64,000 nt of DNA from Felis catus (lineage: Eukaryota), in contig NC_058368.1 in assembly GCF_018350175.1 (NCBI RefSeq), forward strand, positions 177,074,001 through 177,138,000. The letters run 5' to 3'. The notes beneath the pieces were generated by a model that worked only from the letters and a program-made list of their open reading frames with translations, did no database searches and was not told the origin of the DNA. Positions 36,571 through 50,500 of the stretch are shown here, one piece after another (position 1 is the first letter of the stretch; each line of letters starts with the position of its first letter). A program made the translations under genes and the position numbers.

Positions 36571-37089
36571 TGCATTTGTGCTTGTTCTCTTGGGTGGGGT
36601 GGAAACGGCACGGCAGACTTAGCCACATTTGCCAGGCAAGAAAGGGTTCACCATCTTCTCAGTGCACTGGTGCTTTCCAGGTCACACGGCCAGTCAGACC
36701 TTGGGGTGGGTTTCTGTTTTGAAAGGAGTTATATTGTGTGTGTGTTCTCTACAGACATTGAACAACATTCTCATTCAACAATAAACATTTGGCCCCCAGG
36801 AGTTTCCAAATACGAACTTACTGAATCCTTTTAACAACCTGTGAGGAAGACATTGTCATTCCCATTTTATAGAGGAGCAAATAGATATGAAGCAAGGGTA
36901 GGGTCAGGCTGAACTTCACCACACTGGTAAATGATGCCTATGAAATTCAAATTAGACCTTCTGAGGTGCTGTCTCCACCACACCTCCTCTCCCACTCTCA
37001 GCTGCCCATTACACTCACTAAGAGTCATGCACTTAACTATCAGCTGCTTTATTTAAAAGCATTTTTCTGCCATGCTTCTAAAACCCCAT

Positions 37090-37768
37090 TCAGGGGTTCT
37101 TAACCTGGGGTCTAAAGACCTCCCTTATCACCAGCAAGGGGTCCGAGGGTAGAATTCAGGGTGTCTTTGTTCCTGGATGGGAAAAGATTTGGTTTTTAGT
37201 TTGACTAAGCTCTAACTGAAATTCAGTATTTCCTTTCTGTATGGATGCAGGCAACCAGCTCTGTTAGGATAAGTGGTACCTGAGACTGTCAGCAATAGAA
37301 TTCAGAGATTTCATCTCATGTTACTGCTGTGCAAACACCTCAAAATTTTGTTCATCGCTCTGAAATAACAGTAGTTATTGTACTAATTGTTAGCTCCTGT
37401 TATTTAAGATTGAGATATTCAGGGGCGCCTGGGTGGCTCAGTTGGTTAGGCATCCAGCTCTTGATTTTGGCTCAGATCATGATCTTACAGTTCATGAGAT
37501 CAAGCCCCAGGTGGAGCCTGCTTGGGATCCTCTCCCTCTCTGTCCCTCCCCTGCTCAAAATAAACATTAAGAGAAATCGAGATGTGCATATTACATATAT
37601 AGGTCACATCTATAAGCCAATATATATATAGATTTTCTAATATTTTGGTACCTATATTTCATTATGATAGGTTTCACTTGTAATCTATGTGCTTTACATT
37701 GTGCATCTGAAAGTATTCTCAGAGGGGGTTTGCATTCTTGGTGGAATGCCTTCAAATTAAGAACCTCT
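37090..37768. mobile_element. MER20B-like hAT-Charlie element with a CanSINE insert (37422-37570)
   Basis: Termini caggggttcttaacctgggg ... ttaagaacctct form an inverted repeat; body resembles the recalled MER20B consensus. Confidence 0.7.
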
Positions 37769-38739
37769 ACTGTGTCTGCAGCCCTGAGCTGTCACTGTCC
37801 TAGAAACCTGCTGACCAGGTTTCTGACCACCAGGTGGTGGTCCACTCTCAGGGTGTCTCATACGTCTGTGACTTGGTGTGTTGGGGCAAGGGGTGCAGTG
37901 CAAGCAAACAGCAGCTGGCATGCCTCCCATTAAGGGACAGAAAAATGACTGGGGTTCCCAGGAAAAAGGATTCATGAGACTGATGAAGAAGATAATGCAT
38001 CAAAGGATACATGGAACTTGAGAAATGAGATCGTTGCACAGTAACTGAGCCCTCTTATGCACTAAGTGCTTGAGGTGCTGAAATGAGTAAGACATTGACA
38101 TGGTCTTCAAAATACTTGTCCTGCTGAGGAAACAGACCTGGAGAAAGAGTGTCAGTTCAGGCTGACGGAGCCTTGGAGAATGAGGGAAGAGCTCTCAGAG
38201 ATGGTGATGCAGAATCTGGGAGGACTAGTTACTATGTGCCAGAACACATTCAGGGACTGGGTTGTGAAATGGTTTATGAGCCATGAGGCTGGAGAGAACA
38301 GGGCCAGACCCATGTACCTGGGCTCAAGCTGACCCTTACCATCCCAAGGGCAGTAAGAAGTCTGGGAGAGAGTTTACTCGGGAAGGACAGTTGAAATCAT
38401 GACTGCAGCAACTCAAGAGACCAGCCGAGGACAGAGATTAACATTGATGCTGGTGGGAATGATGGCCCACAAAGGCTGGAGGCTTTAGGAAGGAAAGGAC
38501 AGATGGTAGACCCCATAAGGGCAGGAGTAAGACTCTAGCTGATCCCTAAACACCTAGAACCCAGCATGTTGCCACACTGAGTTACTCCGTCTGGGCTCCT
38601 CGTGCCATAAAGGATCTGAAAAGGGAGCAGCGGTGGCCTGGGGGCTGTAGACTGGATGTATATCAACCTAGTATGGTACCAGAGATGTTCACTAGGTCTG
38701 ACTAACCAATGTGTTGCCAGTTAAAAACAAAACTGAGAG

Positions 38740-39213
38740 AACATCCACTTCCAGTGATGGCAGACTAGGTAATTCAAACCAGTCCTCTAAAGCTGAGGAC
38801 AATTAGAAAATCTGGACGAAAATATTCAACACGTCTACTTGAAGGCGCAAGAAAACTACAAGATAGTGAAGACTTACAAAGCCCAGATTGAAACAAGGAC
38901 AGAACAGGGCACCTGGGTGGCTCAGTCGGTTGAGTGTCTGGCTTCGGCTCAGGTCATGATCTCACAGTTCATGGGTTCGAGCCCCACATCGGGCTCTGTG
39001 CTGACAGCTCGGAGCCTGGATCCTGCTTCGGATTCTGTGTCTCCCTCTCTCTCTGCCCTTCCCCCATTCACACGCTGTCTCTGTGTCTCTCAAAAATTAA
39101 TAAATGTTAAAAAAAAAAAAAAAGAAACAAGGAGAGAAGGCCAGAGAGATGATTCTGGTGCTTTACCCTGAGAACATTTGCTGATCCTAGAGAGGGTATA
39201 AATGTGAACCTGA
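38740..39213 (+). mobile_element. Old L1/HAL1-type 5' region, left part (contains CanSINE 38907-39123)
   Basis: cttccagtgatggcagactagg...aattagaaaatctggac; appears to continue at ~57918-58490. Confidence 0.5.
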
Positions 39214-42200
39214 CCAGAGTGCCAGGATCTCTGCAAGGAGAATTTGTACATGTAGTCAGTGCACTAGTTGCATCCTGTGTCCCAGTTTTTTTGGGCTGCT
39301 GCTCCCAGGATGCCTCTTGATTGCCTGGATCTGGGGGCTGAAGTGCGGGGAGGTTGTGTTCCAGGGTCCCATGGGACTATAACAACTGGAGACAGTTCAT
39401 GGCAGGCTATCACTCCCAGAATACTACTGCACAGACAGTAAATTAAAACACACCCCTAGTTTTTCTGTGAAAGAGGTTCAAATGCTTGTTCTGGAGCTGT
39501 GGCCTGAGGGGCAGGCTCTAGGTTTAGCACACATCTAGAGGCCTATGGAGGTGCCTATGTAGGCTGGGGGAATACCACCTTTGTGCTCTCCCTCTGCCTT
39601 GCTCCAGCTCTCTAGTATCTCCCAGAAACGAGCATATACACTTATCTGGAGCCCTGATTTTTGCTAATGTCATCCATGGAACACCTCCAGATCACCTTGT
39701 CTGGTGGCCAGCAGGGTTCATGCTTGTGGTCTCACAGTACTGTATATATTTGCATACTCAAAAGCTGCTACCTGAAGGTCTGGCTTCCAGTCAGCCTGAA
39801 TCTAGATGCTGAGATCCCCTACTTTAGGATGGACAGAGCTTGGTACACCCTCAACAATGAGAGCTTTACACTAAAAATAAAATAGGCTGCATGGAAAATC
39901 ATAAAGGTTCAAGAGCTAGACAAGGCTGAACAATAATATTCATCTCTTACACAAGGCCACTCCTTCAAGACTAGAAGAGGTGGTTGTTTCACTTAATACA
40001 TAGAAACAAACACAGAGTCAAGCAAAATCAGGAAATAGGAATATGTTCTAAACAAAAGAACAAAACCTTAGAAAAAAAGTCTTAATGAAATGTGTAAGTA
40101 ATTTGCTTGATGAAGAGTTCAAAGTAATGGTCATAAAGATGTTCACCCAATTTGGGAAAAGAAGGATGCTCACGCAACTTGGAAGAAGAATGGATGAGCA
40201 CAGTGAGAACTTTAACAAATGGATAGAAAATATAAGAAAGTACAAATAAGCCACAGAGCTGAAGAATACAATAACTGAACTGAAAAATACACTAGAGGAA
40301 TTCAACAGCAGACTAGATGAAGCAGATCAGTGAACTCAAACACAGGGCAGTGGAACTCCCCAATCAGAGCAGCAAAAAGAAAAAAAAATTTTGAAGAGTG
40401 AAGACAGCTTAAGGGATTTACAGGGCAACATCAAGTGGACTAACATTTGCATTATAGAGGTCGCAGAAAGAGAAGAAAGGGGCAGAAATTTTACTTGAAG
40501 GAAGTAAGGCTGAAAACTTCCCTAAGCTGGAGAAAGAAATGAACACCCAGATCCAAGAAACCCAGAGAATTCCAAAGAGATAAACTCAAAAGACCCCATA
40601 CCAAGACATATTATAATTAAAATGTCAAAAGTTTAAGCAAGGAGAGAAACCTTAAGAGCAGCAAGAAGAAAACCAACTTGTTATGTACAAAGGAACCTCC
40701 ATTAGACTCAGCAGATTTTTCAGCAGAACCATTGCAGGCCAGAAGGAGGGGCATGATACATCCAAAGTGCAGAAAGAAAAAAACCTTCCAACCAAGAATA
40801 CTCTATTTGGCAGAGTTATCATTCAGAATTGAAGCAGAGAGAGTTTTCCAGGTGAGCAAGGCTAAAGGAATTCATTATCATCAACCTGACCTTAGAAGAA
40901 ATGCTAAATGTACTTTATACACTGAAAAGAAAGGGTGCCAATTAGTAACAAGAAACCATATGAAAGAATAAATCTTACCAGAAAGGTAAATATACAGTAA
41001 AGGTAGTCGATCAATCATTTATAAAGTTAGTATGAAGTTTAAAGAATAAGCAGTAAAATACTACAGTAATTAGTCAAGTAATACACAAGATAAGTATAAA
41101 ATTGTGACAACAAAAACATAAAACAGGCTAGGGGAGAGTAAAAACATAAAGCTTTAAAATGCATTCAAATTCAAGGTGTTATCAACTTAAAATAGAGTGT
41201 TATGAATATAGGTTGTTGTATATAAGCCTCCTGGTAACCACAAAGCAAATACCTATAGTAGACACACAAAAGATCATGAGTAAGGAACTTGAGCATACCA
41301 CTAAAGAAAGTCATCAAGCCACCAAGGAAGAGAGCAAGAGAAGAAAGGAAGAGACAGAAACTACAAAACAACTAGAAAACAATGAACAAAATAACAATAG
41401 GTACATACCTATCAATAACTACTTTAAATGTAAAAGGACTAAATTCTTTAATCAAAAGACAGAGTGGCTGAATGGAAAAAAAAAAAATAAAACCCATCTA
41501 CATGATGTCTACAAGAGACTTACTTCACATGTAAAGGACACACACAGACTAAAAGTAAAGGGATGAAAAAAGATGTTCCACACAAATGTAAACCAAAATA
41601 AAGTTGGGGTAGCTATAATTATATTAAAAAAATCCCACTTTGGGGTGCCTGGGTGGCTCAGTCGGTTGAGCATCCGACTTTGGCTCAGGTCATGATCTTG
41701 TGGTTCATGAGTTCGAGTCCCACATTGGGCTCTGTGCTGACAGCTCAGAGCCTGGAGCCTGCTTCAGATTCTGTGTCTCCCTCTCTTTGCCTGTCCCCAC
41801 TTGTTCTCTGTCTCTCTCTCAAAAATAAATAAACATTAAAAAAATTAAAAAATAAAACCCACTTTAAAACAAAATCATAATAAGAAACAAGGGCACATTA
41901 TATAATGATAAAGGACACAATTCAATAAAAATATATAACTTTTTAAGATATTTATAGACCCAACACAGGAACACCTAAACATATAAAGGAAATATTAACA
42001 TACCTAAAGGGAGAAATAGCAACACAATAATAGTAAGGGGTGTTAATATACCACTTACATCAATAGATAGATCATCTGGAGAGAAACTCAATAAGGATAA
42101 ATCAGCCTTAAATAACATGTTAAACCATACAGATTTAACAGATACATATGGAACATTCCATCCAAAAGCAACAGAATAACATACATGGAATGCTCTACAG

Positions 42201-45200
42201 AATAGATCATAGTTTAGTCCACAAAACAAGTCAATAAATTAAGGATACTGAAATCATATCAAGCATCTTTTCCAACCACAATTGAATGGAACTAGAAATC
42301 AATTACGAGGAGAAAACTGGAAGGGTGCCTGGGTTAGTCAGTTAAACATCTGACTTTGGCTCAGGTCATGATCTTGCAGTCCATGACTTCAAGCCCCACA
42401 TCAGGCTCTAGGCTAACAGCCTGGAGCCTGCTTTATATTCTGTGTCTCCCTCTGTCTCTGCTCCTCCTTTGTTCGTGCTCTCTCGCTCTCTCTCTTTCTC
42501 TCAAAATAATAAACATTAAAAAAAAAACCCTGGAAAATTCACAACTATGTGGAGATTAAACCACACGCTACTGAACAACCAATGAGTCAAGAGAAATAAC
42601 AAAAATTTGTTGAGACTAAATAAAATGGAAATACAATATCCCCAAATTTATGAGATACAATAGAAGTAGTTCTAAGAGGGAAGTTTATACTGATAAAGGC
42701 CTATATCAAGAAACAAGAAATATTTCAAATAAATGTTTGAACTTGACACCTCAAGGAACTAGAAAAAGAACAAAATCCAAAGTTAGTAGAAGGTAGGATA
42801 TAACGAAGATCAGAGTATAAATAAATGAAATAGAAACTAAAAAGATGGGGGGTGCCTGGATGGCTCAGTTATTTGAATTTCTGACTCTTGGTTTCTGCCC
42901 AGGTCATGATCTCACAGTTTTGTGGGTTCAAGACCTGTGTCTGGCTCTGTGCCAGCAGTGCAGAGCCTGCTTAGGATTCTCTCTCTCTCCTACTCTGTCT
43001 GCCCCTCCCCTGCTCATGCTGTCTCTCTCAAAATAAATAAAACTTAAAAAAAAAAACAACAACTAAAAAGACAATAGAAAAGATAAATGAAACTAACAAC
43101 TGGTTCTTTGGAAAGATTAAAATGGCACACCATTAACTAGACTTAGTCTCACCAAGAAAAAGACAAGGGTTCAAATGAAATCGGAAATGAAAAAGGAGCC
43201 ATTACCGATACCACAGTAATACGAACACCAGCAAATTGGACAAGCTGGTAGAAAAAAAAAATTCCTAGAAACACACAGCCTTAGAGGACCAAGTCACGAA
43301 GAAATAGAAAATCTGAATATACCAATTGCTAGTAAGGTGAGTGATTAGTAATCAGAAACCTCCAAACAACAACAACAAGAACAGCAAAACAAAACAAAAC
43401 CAAAAAACCTCCCAAGAAATAAAAGTCCAGGACCAGATGGCTTCACTGGCGAATTCTACCATCCTAAGAATTCATACCAATCCTTCTCAAACTCTTCAGA
43501 AAAACTCAAGAGGAAAGAATACTTCCAAACTCATGTTATGAGGCCAGTATGACCCTAATACCAAAACCAGACAAAGATTCCACAATAAAAGAAAATTACA
43601 GGCCAGTATCATTGATGAACATAGATGCAAAAATCCACAACAAAACATTAGCAAACCAAATTCAACAATACATGAAAAGGATCATACGCCATGACCAAGT
43701 GGGATACGTACCAGGGAGGGATGCAAGGATGGTGCAACATCCACAAATCAATCATGATACACAACACTAACAAAGCGAAGGATAAAAATCATATGATTTT
43801 CTGAATAGATGTGGAAGAAGCGTTTGACAAAATTCAACATCCATTCATGATCAAAAAAAGTCTCGACAAAGTGGGCTTGAGGGGACATACCTCAACATAT
43901 AAAGGTCATAATATGACAAGCCCACAGCTAATATCACACTTAACAGTGCTTTTAAGATCAGGAATAAGACAAGGATACCTATTCTTGCCAGTTTTTTTCG
44001 ACACAATACTGGAAGTCCTAGCCAGAGCAATTAGGCAAGAAAAAAAAAAAAAACATCTAAATTGGAAAGCAAGAAGAAAATGACCACTATTTGGAAATGA
44101 CATGATACTAAATGTAGAAAACCCTAAAGATGCCCCCCCACACACAAAAGTGCCTGTTAGGCCTAATAAATTAAGGAAAGTTCCAGAATATAAAGTATGC
44201 AAAAAAGTTTCTACACATTAATAACAGACTATCAGAAAGAGAAATTAAGAACACAAGTCCATTTACAATTGTATGGGGGTGCCTGGGTGGCTCAGTCGGT
44301 TAAGCGTCTGACTTCAGCTCAGGTCATGATCTCGCAGTTTGTGAGTTCGAGCCCCGCGTCGGGCTCTGTGCTGACAGCTCAGAGCCTGGAGCCTGCTTCA
44401 GATTCTGTGTCTCCCTCTCTCTGACCTTCCCCGACTCATGTTGTTTCTCTCTCACTCAAATAAGTATTAAAATTAAAAAAAAAAATTGTATGAAAAAGAA
44501 TAAAATACCTAGGAATAAATTTAACCAAGGAGATAAAACACCCATACACTGAAATCTATGAGATACTGATGAAAGAAAATGAAGAGGACACAATTAAGTG
44601 GAAAGATATTCCATGCTCATGGCTTAGAATATTGTTAAAATGTCCATACTATCTAAAGCAATCTACAGATTTAATATAATCCCTATCAAAATTCTAACAT
44701 CATTTTTTACAGATATAGAACCAACAACCCTAAAATTTGTAGGGAACCATAGAAGACCTTGAATAACAACAGCAATCTTGAGAAAAAAGAACAAAGCCAG
44801 AGGCATCACAATCCTTGACTTCTAACTATATAACAGGGCTAAAATAATCAAAACAGTATCGTGTTGGCATAAAAAGAGCCACAAAGATCAATGGAACAGA
44901 ACAGAGAGCCCACATGTATGGTCAATTAAGTTATGACAAAGGACCCAAGAATATAAAATGGGCAGGACAGTCTCTTCAGTAAATGCTGCTGGGGAAACTG
45001 AATAGCCATAAGGATAAAAATGAAAAGTAGATGACTATTGGGGCGCCTGGGTGGCTCAATCGGTTAAGCATCTGACTTCACCTCAGGTCATGATCTCATG
45101 CCTCGTGAGTTTGAGACCCATATCAGGCTCTGTGCTGACAGCTCAGAGCCTGGAGTCTGCTTCAGATTCTGTGCCTCCCTCTCACTCTGCCCCTCCCCTG

Positions 45201-46771
45201 CTCACACTCTGTCTCTCTCTCTCTCAAAAATAAATAAACATTAAAATATTAAAAAAAAAGAAAACTAGGTAACTATTTCACATTATATATAAAACTAACT
45301 CAAAATGGGTAAAAAAGGCTTGAATGTAAGGCCTGAAACCATTAAACTCCTAGAGGAAAACAGGCAGTCAGTTCCTTAACATTGGTTTTAGTGAGGATTT
45401 TTTTGGATCTGACACCAAAAGCAAAGGCAACAAAAGTAAAAAAATAAAAAGTAAACAAGCAGAACTATATCAAACTGAAAACCTTTTGCAAATCATATAT
45501 AATAAGGGCCTAAAAATCCAAAATTTATTTAAAAAAACTCATACAACTCAATAGCAAGAGTCAATCTGATTAAAAAGTGGGCAGAGGACCTCAACAGACA
45601 TTTTTTCTTTTTTCAAGTTTATTTATTTATTTTTGAGAGAGAGTGAGCAAGCAGGGGACAGGCAGAGAGAGAGGGAGAGACAGAATCCCAAGCAGGCTCC
45701 ACATTGTCAGTGCAGAGCCCGATGCAGAGCTCGATCCCATGAACAGTGAGATCATGACCTGAGCCAAAATCAAGAGTCGGGTGCTTAACCGACTGAGCCA
45801 CACAGGTGCCCCATACATTTCTTCAAAGATAGATGGCCAAAAAGTATATGAAAATATGATCAACATCACTAATCATCAGGGAAATGCAAATCAAAACCAT
45901 GATGAGATATCACCTCACACCTGTTAGAATGGCTATCATCAAAAGACAAGAAACAGCATGTGTTGATGAGGATGAGGAGAAAAAGGAACCATCACGCACT
46001 CTTTGTGGGAATGTAAATTGATGCAGCCACTGGGGAGAACAGTATGGAGGTTCTTCTAAAAATTAAAAATACCATTACCATACGATCCAGCAATTCCACT
46101 ATGGGTATTTATCCAAGGAAATGAAAACACTAACTTAAAAAGATATGCACTACCATGTTCATTGCAGCATTATTTATAATAAACAATATACGGAAACAAC
46201 CTGTGCCTATCAATGAATGAATGGATAAAGAATCTGTGGTGTGTGTACATGCACGATGAAATACTATTCATTCATAGAAAAGAATAAAATCTTGCTATTT
46301 GCAACAAAAGAGATGGACTTTGAGGTCTCTGCATAGATACAGAGATAGATTGGTGGTTGCCAGGGGTGGGGATGAGGGTTTATAGGTGAAATGGGTGAAG
46401 GTGGTCAAAAGATACAAACTTCCCATCATAAAATAAATAAGTCATGGGGATATAATGTACAGCATGAAGACTATAGTTAATAATACTGTATTGCATATAT
46501 GAAAGTTGCAAAAGGAGGGGGGCGCCTGGATGGCTCAGTTGGTTAAGCATCCAACTCTTGATTTTGGCTCAGGTCATGGTCTCACGTTTCTTGAGTTCGA
46601 GCCCTGTGTCGGACTCTGCACTGACAGTGAAGATTCTATCACCCTCTCTCTCTACCTCTCCCCTGCTTGCTTTCACCCTCTCTCTCAAAATAAATAAACT
46701 AAGAAAAAAAAAAGTTGCAAAGGGAGTAGCTCTTAAGAGTCCTTATGACAAGAGATAATTTTTTTCTAACT

Positions 46772-47199
46772 TGTGAAAATCAAATACAAATAAAGACCAG
46801 ACTTGAAAATTCTCTGGGTAGACAAAACCAGTTGAGTCGTACAGGCAAAGCTTAACTTACTAGCTTATTTTTTAAGGCAAGTGAGGCTAACTCGACCTGG
46901 GACACTTCTTGCCTATGCCTCTGAAAATGATAAATGAAACTTAAATTGATCCCAAAACTGATATGAGGTAACCACTGATTCCCTTTCATTTAAGAAAATT
47001 CAAATACTGTAACCAGTCACTGCCTATATGCCACATAAACTGGTTTATAACGATATACTTGTGAGCCTCATTCTATGTTTTGGTTTGAGAGCCCCTGGCT
47101 TGCACACTGCCTTTTTAGTGCAAGCACAATTTTTACTAATAGTACTTCGGGGAGTCATTGGTTTTACGTCTGTTTTTTTTTCCCCCTGAACTTTTGACA
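46772..47199 (+). mobile_element. 5' LTR of an ERV1-class (MER34/MER4-group-like) provirus
   Basis: TG...CA termini (tgtgaaaatcaaatacaaa ... cctgaacttttgaca); homologous to 56959-57788. Confidence 0.85.
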
Positions 47200-47526
47200 C
47201 AGTACACTGGGCTCACTGATTTCCCACTGACCCTGGAGTTTCAGGGTACATCTCTCTCTCTTTTTTTTAAATTTTTTTTTCAACGTTTTTTATTCATTTT
47301 TTGGGACAGAGAGAGACAGAGCATGAACGGGGGAGGGGCAGAGAGAGAGGGAGACACAGAATCGGAAACAGGCTCCAGGCTCCGAGCCATCAGCCCAGAG
47401 CCTGACGCGGGGCTCGAACTCACGGACCGTGAGATCGTGACCTGGCTGAAGTCGGACGCCCAACCGACTGCGCCACCCAGGCGCCCCTCTCTCTCTTTTT
47501 TTAAAAAAATGTTTATTTATTTTTGA

Positions 47527-47560
<34 letters not shown>

Positions 47561-50500
47561 GCAGGGGAGGGGCAGAGAGAGTGGGAGACACAGAATCCCA
47601 AGCAGGCTCCAGGCTGTGAGCTGTCAGCACAGATCCTGATGCGGCACCTGAACTCACTAGCTGTGAGATCATGACCTGAGCGGAAGCCTGACACTTAACT
47701 GACTGAGCCACTCAGGCACCCCCAGGGTACATTTGTCTTGATTTGAGCTCCAGTATTTTTGTTCTGGGCTCTCCAACTTCATTGTCACATATATTTTCTG
47801 TTTTTGTTTGTTGAAGCTTCTTGGTAAGTCACCCTCTGTACGTGTAAGGGAAAAAAAAAAAACAACCATGATTCTCTGGATTTTAGGTCATGGTAGGATT
47901 ACTAAGGCTCCCATACATTATTTGGGTTAGGGAAACTAAAGGCAAAGATGGGGTCTACCTGGTCTAAAACTCTTTCTGTACGTCCTGTAAAGATTCCTCC
48001 CTCTTGTATGTATAACCACTATGGATGACGATCTTGTGTATTTTCGGAAAATGTGTGAACTTTCAGATAATTTGGAATTGTAGTGGCCCAGTTGGAGGTC
48101 ATTTCACTTAGATAAATCCAGCTTAAAGAGCACTCTTGAAAAGAGATGATCAAAACTCTCACAGGGGCGCCTGGGTGGCGCAGTCGGTTAAGTGTCCGAC
48201 TTCAGCCAGGTCACGATCTCGCGGTCCGGGAGTTCGAGCCCCGCATCAGGCTCTGGGCTGATGGCTCGGAGCCTGGAGCCTGCTTCCGATTCTGTGTCTC
48301 CTATCTCTCTGCGCCTCCCCCATTCATGCTCTGTCTCTCTCTGTCCCAAAAATAAATAAACGTTGAAAAAAAAAATTAAAAAAAAAAAAAAACTCTCACA
48401 GATAATGGAATGCATGCTTTGACTGGTACATAGAAGCTTCTAAAAGATAAGATGACTCCAAAAATAGCTTCTGCAAAAGAATCTTTATAGCATACAAATA
48501 AAAAATGTTTAGTAAAAACTATGGCCATCTAACCAGGAAACCTTAACTTAGTCCCTCTGCCAAACACAATTTGGATCTAAACTATTGAGTTTTGAATTAT
48601 TGTACCTGAGACATAATAAAAATTTTAAGATGAAAACATAAGATCTATGTGTGTGTCTGTATGTTTATGTCTATCTAGTATGTATATTATGTATATCATA
48701 TATATGTGGTATTCTAAAAATAGTTCTATTTAGGGGAGCCTGGTGGCTCAGTCGGTTAAGCATCTGACTCTTGATTTTGGCTCAGGTCATGATCTCACGT
48801 TTCACGGGATCAAGCCCCACGTCAGGCTCTGCGCTGACAGCGTAGAGCCTGCTTGGGATTCTCTATCTCCTTTCTCTGCCCCTCCCCCCCATTAATAAAC
48901 ACTTTAAAAAAAAGTCTTAAAAAAAAGAGTTATATTTAATTGGCTAAAAGCAAAAGAAACACTTGTATAAATTAAGTATTCCTAAAACTTTCAGAAATAC
49001 ATAATCTAACCCAAATGTTTTCCAAGTTCACATGATATGGGATAATTTTTTTTTTTTAAGATTTTTTTTTTAAGTAATCTCTACAACCAATGTGGGGCTC
49101 AAACTCACAACCCCAAGATCAAGAGTAGCACGCTCCACTAACTGAGCCAGCCAGAGGTCCCTGGGATAATTTCTGATAAACAGAAAGTAGTTTAAGTTTG
49201 TTGGTTTAGTAAATACAGGCATGTATTCAGAATTGTCAACATAAATTAATGCAAACATACAACTTTTTCTACCTGGGTTTACTAGCTCATGCTATATTTA
49301 TGTTGCAAATTTTATCAACAAGAAAAATAACTTAAAATGATGATTAACTGTTTCATGTCTAAGCATAATTGTTAAAAACAAATAATTTAAATAAATTTAA
49401 ATAAGAAAATTTTACATTAAGTTAAACTATATAATGAATATTCATTGAGTATATGTCATTCTCAAATAAGATAATATACTGAGACATGGATTGCTTAACA
49501 TGCTTATCTAGTTTTGGCATTTTAATTTTTTTAATGTTTATTTATTTTTATTATTATTTTTAATTTTTTAACGTTTATTTTTGAGAGACAGGGAGAGACA
49601 GAGCATGAGCAGGGGAGGGGCAGAGAGAGAGGGAGACACGGAATCAGAAGCAGGCTCCAGGCTCTGAGCTGTCAGCACAGAGCCCAACATGGGGCTTGAA
49701 CCCACAAACTGAGATCATGACCTGAGCCGAAGTTGGATGCTCAACCGAGTGAGCCACCCAGGCACCCCAATGTTTATTTATTTTTGAGAGAGAGAGAGAG
49801 AGAGAGAGAGAGTGAGAAAGTGAGACCAGGGGAGGCAGAGAGAGAGGGGGAACAGAGGATCCAAAGTGGGCTCTGGGCTCACAGCAGAGAGGCCGATGTA
49901 GGTCATTAGCTCATGAACCGTAAGATACTGACCTGAGCCAAAGTCAGATGCTCAACTGACTGAGCCATCCAGGTGCCCTTGCATTTTAATTTTTACAGAG
50001 ACAAAAGATATTTGGGTATATTAATAAATGTCTTTGCCACATTGAAAAATTGTACTACAAGGGACTCTTGGGTTGCTCAGTCAGCTAGGCATCTGACTCT
50101 TGGTTTTGGCTTGGATCATGATCTCGCAGCTTTGTGGGTTTGAGCCTTTCATCAGGTTCTGTGCTGGCAGCCTGCTTGGGATTCTCTCTCTTCCCCTCTC
50201 TGCCCCTCCCCTACTCATGCTATCTCTGTCTCTCTCAAAAAAAATAACTTAAAAAAAAAAAAGAAGGGAAAAATTGTACTATGGAAAACATGTCTCTAAA
50301 AATTGTGTTTTTATAACTGCATTTATAAATTTGCTGATCTATGGGATGCTAATATATGAAAGACAGTTCACAATTGTCTGTGCCATAGTTTTCACCGGAA
50401 GGTAAGGATTACTAATATTAAAATTTATAATCAATATGTAAAAAAAAATCTATTTATTAGAGACAGTAAAAGTTAAAGGGATCCAATTTTGTGCAGAATA

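Noticed and set aside
40678..46200. Possible active L1 or novel reverse-transcriptase system
   Set aside because: ORF1 and ORF2 are fragmented, interrupted by SINEs, and the FADD motif is mutated to FGND
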